Of a stretch of DNA of 64,000 nt, positions 54,211-64,000 are shown piece after piece (positions within the stretch are counted from its first letter, which is position 1; every line of letters starts with the position of its first letter). Made by a program: the position numbers and the translations under genes. The DNA is from Leucoraja erinacea. Lineage: Eukaryota. The notes under the pieces were generated by a model. The model made no database searches. It worked only from the letters and a program-made list of their open reading frames with translations, and was not told the DNA's origin. The stretch covers positions 73,532,001 through 73,596,000 of the forward strand of contig NC_073377.1 of the NCBI RefSeq assembly GCF_028641065.1. The letters are read 5' to 3'.

Positions 54211-55977
54211 TAGTATGGTACCATCAACTTGGGTTGTCTGACTAGAATTGAAAATGTATGTCTAATTTGTACAACCATTGTATATAAGCTAGATATTACC
54301 AGACCTGTGCACTGTGCATAATTTTTCATGCATGAAAGGATGTCTGTAGCACAGGATTTATAAAGCGGTTTTAAATGATAACTTGTACTTTATCTCTGTT
54401 GGATTTGTGGTTGTATCCAATAGTAATATTTTTTAGCCTTGCAGTTAAAGTTTAGAATCTTTAAAAAAAAAAGCTGGAAAATATTTAGCCAAATACACCA
54501 GAGCCTCCAGTGTCTTGTTATTTTCAGTCACTTAAATGCTGGTGTAAACTCAATAATATACTTCATGGCAGTCGGTAGATGTACCATCCTTGGGTTATGG
54601 TCAGCAGTTTATTTGCCCCTCTTTGTGTGAAGAGTTTAGTTTCTCTGCCTTTACCTTTAAAAGAGAGTGTGTCAGATATGATGAAAGCATATCTGATCAG
54701 CATCCATGCTACCCATCAGCATAAAGAAACACAGTGTGGTCTTGTGCTGTTGAGAACTCTCTGCTGATGGATACTGTTTTCTGGTTTGTTGTATTGGATG
54801 CCCTGGTCTCCAATTATGCCGAGAGCTATGCTTTGGATATTTTCTCAACAGATTTCTTAATCACTTGAATACCTTTTCTTTAAACTTCTAAATGCTACCT
54901 TATGTCTATTCATTTGACGTGGTTGTATTTTTTAGATGCATTCTAATCCTCATTCCTCAGGAATCTAGTTTTATTACTACAGTGATTTGCATTCCTACCT
55001 TCCAGAAAAACTGTGGAACTGGATGATATAGGTGTAGCAGTGATGATTTTCCCTGCTAAACTATGCAGCTGAAGTTGGTTTTAAAACTGGTTTTATAGTT
55101 GAAATGTTCTGGACTTTGACTGTCTGTACCTCTTTGATCATGGCTTTAGTGAAGCTTTTATCGTAGTTTGAACAGTTGTAATCTCCTGTGCAGTCTTGCT
55201 GCTGCTTTGTGTTTCTCCAAATAGCTTTGACTTTAAATCCTCTTTTGCAGTTTTGTGATTTCCTTATGTTAACCTTAGTTTTAGTTTAGGTCATTCTCTG
55301 GGAAATTCCTGTTTTTAACTACTGTATCTTCCCAACCTATGAGTGCCAGGTGGCATTTTGGACATTTGGGTATGTCATTGAGGATATAAACATACTGTGT
55401 AACTAATTTTGCATTACTCAGAGAAACATACTTAATCCTTTTCCTCCCTCCATCCAGCCCTCCTCCCAAACACTTATTATCAGTCTGATGGGGTATTGGT
55501 CAGTGCATTGCATAGTTTCTCTTGATGCACCATCGTTATTGTGTAATTTGTTTTCCCCGTCATTTCCATTAGACAGCAAAGTCCATTGCATTGTGTTAAT
55601 GGGATTTATACGTTGATGGAAATGGCAGGAATTAGAATTAGTTTTCTTCTTTAGTTCTGCATCCCTCCTTTACTAACCCTGTAAATCATGCTAGATTTTG
55701 AATGCTGAAAATAATGAGCCACTACTTTTCTATGTTATCTCGCTCTTTTCTGAATGTTTAATTCTCAGCAAAATTGTGAAAAATTAAAATCAGTTTAAGA
55801 TTTGCTTTCTCAACTGGATTAATTTTAAAATTGCTTTAATTAATTCCACCCTTAAGTTGCTGATTATTATATAACCGCATGTGTCTTGTTGGTAATTGAA
55901 GGGTTATGCGCTGCTGCAATATGCTGCTTTTAGTTTCCCTTTTAGCTTCGCTATGCATGATGCCTCTATTTGGTTAA

Positions 55978-56109
<132 letters not shown>

Positions 56110-57309
56110 GCATAATGGATTAAAGGTTAGAAAGTGCCTTGTGTCTTCTCCACTGGAGCAGACGATTAGGGTTTGTGTGAAGCAGCTACAACAACCAAAT
56201 GTCATGGTAGACACAAAATGCTGGCGTAACTCAGCGGGTGAGGCAGCATCTCCAGCATTTTGTGTCGATGCTGCCTCGCCCGCTGAGTTACTTCAGCATT
56301 TTGTGTCTACCTGCGATTTAAACCAGCATCTGCAGTTCTTTTTTAAACTAAATGAAATGTATACGTGTTGGTGAGAATTTTTGTTCTAGTAGTTATCGTG
56401 AAATAACAAAGCTTTGAGATACATTAAAAAGCAAATTGGTGCAAGGCGCCAGGTAGTAACAAAAGCACTCCATGAATACTGTCATTAATTGATCTTACAG
56501 TGGGGATATCAATGTGTAGTCTTGAAGGGAATTATTAAGATTTTCACACCTTGATTTTTAGGCCAAATCAAAGCCAGTCTTCCAGAACTGACAAAAGAAA
56601 AACGTGTTCTCGATCCACTAAATCATTTTCAGCTGGAGTGTAGTGCTACACAAATTCTTGATGAAAGTTTTTTTAAATGCCATGAAACAATCTTTTGCCA
56701 AAATGTATTGGAAAATTGTCACTAGCAAAAATAAGCATTTATGAATTTCAGTTGAATGTAGTTTAGTAGAATGTTTTCTGCTTTTGAACAGCTGGGTACC
56801 CAGGTAGATTCCATGGATTCTATGTTACCTTTATTTGAAGCCAATAAGGAACATTTCTGTGTAAAGAATGTCCGAGGGAGTTACTCTTGAAATGTGTAAG
56901 ATAAATCCAAAATTAAAATAAGGGTTGGCCATTTGTCCCTTTGAACCTTATCTGCCATTCAGTGCCATTGCAGCTGATTATCAATCCCAATAGCTTTTTG
57001 TTTCTCTCCCGATAACCTCTGCTAGAAAATTATTCATGTTAAAATACAGACAGTAACTTAGCTTAAATTACCCTCTTGACGTGCATTCTATAGATTTCTC
57101 ACCTTCTCAGTGATTCTTGATTTATTATTTAATGCATAGGGTTTTTCTGGTCATCAAAAGCCATTACCATCTAAGACCTCTCAGTTATGATATTGGTAGG
57201 GGACTTTATGTTGAAATATTGTATCCTAGTCCTTGTCTTTACAAATCATTGGTCTATTAACATATTGTCAACTGCGACAAAATAATCTTTCAGCGAACAC
57301 TTTTGTGAT

Positions 57310-58098
57310 GGAAAGAATTGTAGATGCTGGTTTAAATCGAAGGTAGACAAAATGCTGGAGTGGTCGGAACAAGATAGAATGTAGTCGGAGACAGTAAGAC
57401 TTGTGGGAGAACTGGGAAGGGGGAGGGGTTGGAGAGAGGGAAAGCAAGGGCTATTTGAAGTTAGAGAAGTCAATGTTCATACCGCTGGGGTGTAAGCTAC
57501 TCAAGTGAAATACGAGGTGCTGTTCCTTCAACTTGTGCTGGGCCTCACTCTTGACAATGGAGGATGCCCAGGACAGAAAGGTCAGATTGGGAATGGGAAG
57601 GGGAGTTGAAGTGCTGAGCAACCGGGAGATCAGGTAGGTTAAGGCAGACTGAACAGAGGTGTTCATTGAAACGATCGCCGAGCCTGCGCTTGGTCTTGCC
57701 AATGTACAGAAGTTGACACCTGGAACAGCGAATACGGTAGATGAGGTGGAGGAGGTGCAAGTGAACCTCTGCCTCACCTGGAAAGACTGCTGGGGTCCTT
57801 GGATGGAGTCGAGGGGGCAGGTAAAGAGACAGGTGTTGCCAAATTAGTTGTGGTTGATGAAGTCAGCGAGTTCTGCATGGGTGCAGGAGGCAGCACTGAT
57901 GGAGTCGTCAATGTAGCGAAGGTAGAGTTCAGGGATTGGCCAGTGTACGCCTGGTACAGTGATTGTTCGATGTACTCTATAAAGAGGTAGGCTTTGCTGG
58001 GACCCATGTGAGTGCCCATAGCTACACCTTGGATTTGGAGGAGGGATGAATTGAAGGAGAAGTTATTCATATCCTGGTGGGGGATGGAGGTGTAGAGT
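57310..58098 (-). mobile_element. Penelope-like element fragment between RPL9 exons 7a and 7b
   Basis: GVAMGTHMGPS RT motif and IYRIRCSRCQLLYIGKTKRRLGDRFNEH GIY-YIG on the minus strand. Confidence 0.87.
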
Positions 58099-58335
58099 AT
58101 AATCGCAAAACACTTTTATGATCTTCAGTTTGCACTTTAAAGCTTCTCGTGAAACGATGAGAATGGGTAAGGTGGAGTAAAAATGGGAAAAGTTGAATGT
58201 TGGCTTGATCCTCGCGTAACCTTAAGTGTGACAACATAGAATGCAATGGTATCAGTTGTAAACAGTTTTAAAGATGGGTGTGGTTGAAAATGATAGTTAA
58301 AACGTCACTTTGCTGTTTTGCCCTGGTGCATGTAG

Positions 58336-58470
<135 letters not shown>

Positions 58471-58520
58471 CACTTGACACTGGATAATTTCCAAATTTAA
58501 AGGCTGGTTATAACAATTGA

Positions 58521-58526
58521 ATTAAA
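58521..58526 (+). terminator. Probable RPL9 polyadenylation signal
   Basis: ATTAAA 50 nt after the 7b stop, followed by a GT/T-rich tract (ttgtcttgttgcctttttt). Confidence 0.6.
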
Positions 58527-58659
58527 TTTTAAGGTCTGAAGATTGTCTTGTTGCCTTTTTTTGATTTGCAGCCCTTTTTCAATCTTTGACTGTGTTTACT
58601 TAACCAATGTTTTACTGCCACCAACATCAAAAGCTGTCTTCACCCCATACAAGGATCCT

Positions 58660-59160
58660 TCTGATCCGATTGCTAAACACTAACTTCCCCTCCCATTTCC
58701 CATACTGGCCTTTTTGTTCTGCGTCTCCTCCACTGTCAGAGTGAGGCCCAGCGCAAATTGGAGGAACAGCACCTCATATTTTGCTTGTGCTTACATCCAG
58801 TAGTATGAATATTGACTTCTCTAACTTCAATTAACCCTTGCTTTCCCTCTCTTTCCATCCCTCCCCCTTCCTAGTTATCCAACCAGTCTGACTGTCCCCT
58901 GATTACATTTTATCTCTGTATGCTTTGTTGTCACCTTCTCCTAGATAGCAATGCTACATTTTCCTTGATCTCCATCTCCTTTGAAGTCTCCTTTTCACAT
59001 CTTGTGCTTTATCTGTCTCCCCCTCTCCTCTGACACAATCTGAAGAAGAGTCTCAACCCGAAACGTCACCTATTCTATCTGGAGATGCTGCCTATCCCGC
59101 TGAGTTACTCCAGCATTTTGTGTCTATCTTCGGTGTAAACCAGCATCTGCCTGCCGTTCC
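58660..59160 (+). mobile_element. Penelope-like 3' end/pLTR
   Basis: EAQRKLEEQHLIF-type coding remnant followed by CTGAAGAAG...CCGAAACGTC and the pLTR tail. Confidence 0.82.
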
Positions 59161-60234
59161 TCCTGCTCACTCTTTCTGATCACTATCTTGTGGCCAGCAC
59201 ATTCCACTCCCCATTTGCAGGTCAAATTCTGAATAGTTGATCCTGTGTAATGCAGCTTTGATGTTATTGTCTTTATTTATAAAGATAATTTGATATTCTT
59301 ATCTAAAATATTCCTCTTGGTTTACTTTTCCCTCGCATCCAAATTCCTAACTAAATTTCAAAACGGCTCTCCTTGTGTGGACTAAATCCTTGTTTCTTGT
59401 GAGGGATGGAGGGGCAGGAATTAATGTGGGTATCAGCAATTTCAGAAAGTGCTCAGGCTGATGGTAGTGGTGCTCCTCTTCATGGATGTAAAATGTTGCT
59501 CACTCTTTCACATGGCTCTGTTGTCACATGCAGGAGGCCACAAAAATGTAGAACAACTTGAAGAATTTAAATAGTGTGCGCTTGGATGCTGGGGTTCACC
59601 TATGAACTGAACACATATAAATGTTTCACAAATAGACACAATGTTGGTGTAACTCTCCTCCAAGTCAAGTCAAGTCAAGTTTATTCCTCCCATTCCTTCT
59701 CTCCAGAGATGCTGCCTGCCCCGCTCTGTTACTCCAGCATTTTGTGTCTATGTCTTCGATTTAAACCAGCATTTGCAGTTCTTTCCTACACTAAATGTTT
59801 CACAAATCTGTCCCCAATCTGCATTTCAATCTTCTGATGCAGAGAAGATTACATTTTGTGCATTAGAAGTGCAAGAATATGGAAGGAGAAAGCAAGTTAA
59901 TTTTAAATTGCATAGAAGGTGGGAGATAGGTCAAGGGAATGTTTGTGACAGGGCGATGCCAGGGATGTGGTGCGGATGAAGTGGTTGTCCTAGTGCATGT
60001 GAATCGCTGCTTGTCCTGGGTGGGCTGTTTTGGTCTTGGAATGATGGGCTGAATGGCCTAATTCTGCTCCTGTCACTTATGAACACCCTGTTATATGAAA
60101 TGTTGTTCGAAAGGGTGCAGAGAAGATTTACAAGATTGAAAGGCAAAAGGACACCTGCAGTTTGGTAGTGCATTCTGTGTCCATCTTCAATTAAACCAGC
60201 ATCTGCAGTTCTTTCCTACACTGGATAGAAAATT

Positions 60235-61420
60235 AGCTTAATTGAAAGAAACAGTTAATGGTGTAAGGCATTTTTTTTTTTTTGGACTGGAAGCCTGTGA
60301 TTAGTGGTGTTAAGGATTGGTGCTGGGCACATTGCTGTTTGTGGTTAATATCAACAATTTGAATGAGAACATACATGGCATGATTAGTAAGTTTGCAGAT
60401 GACACTAAAGTGGGTGGTATTGTAGATAGCGAAAATGGTTATCAAAGGTTACAGCAGGGTCTTGATCAGTTGGGAAAGTGGGCAGAGGAATGGTTAAACT
60501 GGTTTAATGCAGATAAATGTGTGGTGTTGCATTTTGGGAAGTCTAACCAGGACAGGGTTTCATGGTGAACTCCAGGGCTCTGGGGAGTGTCGTAGAGCAG
60601 AGGGATCTAGGAGTTCAGGTACACAGTTCCTAAAAACTGGATGTACAGGTAGGTGGTCAAGAGGCTTTCGGCGCATTGGCCTTCATCAGTTACGGTTTTG
60701 AGTATAGTTGGGATGTTATGTTACAGCTGTAAATGGCACAGGTGAGCTCACAGTTGGGAGTATTGTTCAGCTTTGCCACAAAAGGCTGTGGAAGCCTAGT
60801 CAATGGATATTTTACAGCAAAGATAGATAGATTCTTGATTAGTATGGGGCGAAGGCAGGAGAATGGGGTTAGGAGACAGAGATTGATCCGCCATGATTGA
60901 ATGGAGTCTTGATGGGCTGAATGGCCTAATTCTGCTCCTGTCACTTATGAACACCCTGTTATATGAAATTTGTTCGAAAGGGTGCAGAGAAGATTTACAA
61001 CTTTGCTGCCAAGATTTGAGGACCGGAGTTATAGGGAGAGGTTCAGGAGGCTAGGACTTCATTTCTTGGAGTCCTGGAGGAGGAGGGGTGATCTTAGAGT
61101 AGTTTAAAATCATGAGGGGAAGAGATAGGCTAAATCCACAAGAGGGCCTTTTATGCAGGGTAGGGGAATCGAGATCTGGCTTGAAGTGAGGGGAAAGATA
61201 CAATAGGAACCTGAGGCCGGGTAACTTGGGGTATATGGAACGAGCTGCCAGAGAAGGGTTAAAGCAGGTACTGTCACAGCATTAAAAAAAACCCTTGGAC
61301 AGGAGCACGGATAGGAAGATTTAAAAACATATGGGCCAAATGCAGGCAGGTGAGACTGGAGGGGGCATCTTGGTCAGTGTGGGCACGTTGGGCCAAAGCC
61401 TGTTTCCATGCTGTATAACT
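60235..61420 (+). mobile_element. Decayed CR1 fragments
   Basis: ISKFADDTKVGG, FNADKCVVLHFGKSN; many stops; nested second CR1 3' end. Confidence 0.78.
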
Positions 61421-63662
61421 TTAACCCCGTGACTCTAGTGAGTCTTGCAATGCTTTCTTAATTTTTAGAATATGTAATTGCCTTGAGAACATGTCAAAAA
61501 TAAGGTACCAGTCCAAATAATTGTGAAGGATTTTCAAGCAATCCACCAGTCAGAAATGTTAAGTGAAGGAAACCTTCTTGCTTGTATTGAATGTTTTATG
61601 TTGGTCTCGGACTGACACAAAACGCCCTTCCACCTCTATAACCAAGACACATTCCTATCAACTTGTTGACATGGCAATAAATTTCTTGAATCTCTGAATC
61701 TATGAATCTATATTGTCTTAGCAAGTCGCTCAAATATCAAGCTGCCATTCAGATCAATGTACGCAATACAACACCCCAACTATTGGGCTGGTCCTGTGCC
61801 AAACTAGGTACAATGGGATTAGTGCTGCACCAGCTGCACTTCATAGTCTAATGCAGGTAGACAACAATGCTGGAGAAACTCAGCGGTGGAGGCAGCATCT
61901 ATGGAGGGAAGGAATGGGTGACGTTTCGGGTCGAGACCCTTCAGACTGATGCAGTGTATTTACATAAATGCTATTCCTGCCATGTACACATGAATAAATT
62001 TAGCTTGGCCAATTATCGACTAATTAATCGAGTCAATCGGCTTTCCACCAAATACTTTGGCTGCTCGTCTCAATCGCTGCAGATCTGGTCCCAACTTGGA
62101 CAAAGTAGGTAAACAGAAACAGAGTAATAACGACCAAAGATCATAGACGGGGACGAATGCAGCCGTGATTTGCGATTGGAACAATAGTCTTTCCGTAAAG
62201 TGAGCTGAAAAATAGGTCGATGGATCAATAAATGTATTGTGATGTACATTTTACTCGTTTTGATTAAAATAATTTATTTTATTTCATATAAAGAAATACG
62301 TCGGTCACACTCTACAAGTTTCAAAATTACATTTTCCAGATAGAACCTACTGCTGTGAAGATGTATGAAACTGAATTGACACACACACGGTTTCTTTTTC
62401 ACTTCATTCCCAATGAGCAAAAGTTTAAGCGATTTTATTTCACTGACACCTCTACTTCACGGCCCATAAAACATGACTAACAATTCAGCCAAATGAGGTC
62501 AGTGAAATTAAATGACATCTGAACATCGGAAGTGAATCTCACAGTTTCTGATTAAAGATTTGGATGTTTCGATTACTCGGCTGAATAAATCGGATGTCCT
62601 CTGCTCGGCTACTGGTGGACCGATTGTTGTATGATTTAACGTTGTTTAATAATGTCCAATTACTGTTTAAATATTGGCTGACTCAGATTTCTCCTTCGTC
62701 TCGCGTAAAACGCAAAATCTTTGCACACATTTTTATTTGGGGCTCCAATATTGGGAATTTTAAATCATTATGCCTAGGATTCGATCATTTTTAAACGTAT
62801 TCGGGGATACTTCATGGACGGCATCAAAGCACAACTTTACCGTAAGCTGTTTATTACTTTCCATCGGTGGATGCTGGTGGTACTACCTCAACGCAATCTT
62901 CACCGCTTTTTAGCTGACTGTTATTGATGTAGGACCTTCACGATCGACGCATTATAGTAACCCTGTGTATAATCATCGAATTGTGGGCATCTGTGCCGGG
63001 ATAGCCTTAGCCAACCCGTAAAGATAAAATACTTAAGACATCTCGGTCTGAAGAAGGGTCTCGACCCGAAACGTCGACTATTCCTTTTCTCCAGAGACAT
63101 TGCCTGAGCCGCTGAGTTACTCCAGCTTTTTGTGTCTATACCTTCGGTTAAGTATTTATTGACCAGTAAATTCACATTGGGCACAGAGTGGATTACATTG
63201 TATGGTTAGATGTTCTAAATCTCCATATCTAAGTTTTCCCTTGGCTACTACCTGTAAACCCCACGCAAAGCTCCGTTCATCATTTATGTACTGCACATAC
63301 TTGGTGCAGTTGATTGCTGGATGTGGATGTTTACAAAAAAAATACAATTCTGATACGTATCTTGATAAAATACTTAGTTTAACCTTCCAATGCTCCCCTA
63401 AATTATGATTTGCATCGGCCCAACAAACGAAATTCAGAAATCAGAAGCGTTGGCGTTGAACACGGCTGGTACATGGTACCTCGTCTTTTATCCGTTGTCT
63501 TTTCTTTCTGCCGAGGTCACAATATTATCTTTCCCCGACTCTTGCGATGGAGATTCAATAATAAATAGTATGGATCCAGCTAAACTGTTCACACAATCGG
63601 AACTGGAAAGCCGACTTGCCAGGGATGTCTTCGTGAAGTTGTAGGCTAAAGACTCAACTGTT

Positions 63663-63982
63663 TTATTTTCTTCTGCGTATGATAATAATGGCAGCAAACA
63701 GCACAGAGATCAGTAGGAGACATGATCCTAAAAATATAAATATTTGTTTCTCTCTTATAAACACACACACTGGACATTGGACCGGAATGTTTTTCTCGCG
63801 AGGGCAATGTTTACTGGTTGTTCCCAAAGGAAACCCATTGGCAATGATGAGTTTGTTGTAAAATTCTAATGAAGACTTTGGCTCAGAAGCATTGAGAAAT
63901 CTCGAGGGCTGCTTATTTGTATGTTTATCCTTTAATGTCAAGGCAAAGTATCCTTTGACGTTGACTTGGTCCAGTAGATGTG
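63663..63982 (-). CDS. KLB: Beta-klotho, last coding exon (end of GH1-like domain 2, TM helix, short tail)
   Basis: minus strand cttttgtccacag|CA CAT; AHLLDQVNVKGYFALTL...KSSLEFYNKLIIANGFP...CPVCVF...IFLGSCLLLISVLFAAIIII RRRK*; klotho-family C-terminus; synteny KLB-RPL9-LIAS-UGDH as in other vertebrates. Confidence 0.88.
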
Positions 63983-64000
63983 CTGTGGACAAAAGCGAAC

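Noticed and set aside
54678-54767. C/D snoRNA candidates in RPL9 intron 6 (ATGATGA 54678 with CTGA 54764; GTGATGA 55040)
   Set aside because: No terminal stem, boxes are buried in other stems, and no rRNA guide is recognisable

Overview
Vertebrate nuclear DNA, most likely a cartilaginous fish (skate/ray; inferred from the CR1/HER1-like, HE1/V-SINE-like and Penelope repeat landscape). It holds the conserved syntenic block UGDH (+, last 7 coding exons) - LIAS (-, complete, 11 coding exons) - RPL9/uL6 (+, complete, head-to-head with LIAS on a CpG-rich bidirectional promoter) - KLB (-, last exon only). Introns are packed with decayed CR1, Penelope-like, Rex1/Babar, L1/Tx1, Tc1, Harbinger-MITE and Helitron-like elements; most ORFs in the track are TE debris. 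Main discovery candidate: RPL9 has two intact, synonymously saturated copies of its final coding exon (56003-56109 and 58364-58470), predicting two uL6 C-terminal isoforms. The proximal copy is preceded by Rbfox/MBNL-type motifs and a PTC-generating alternative acceptor, suggesting a splicing-regulated ribosome-heterogeneity switch. Exon boundaries were read by eye from splice consensus and translation; TE boundaries are approximate.
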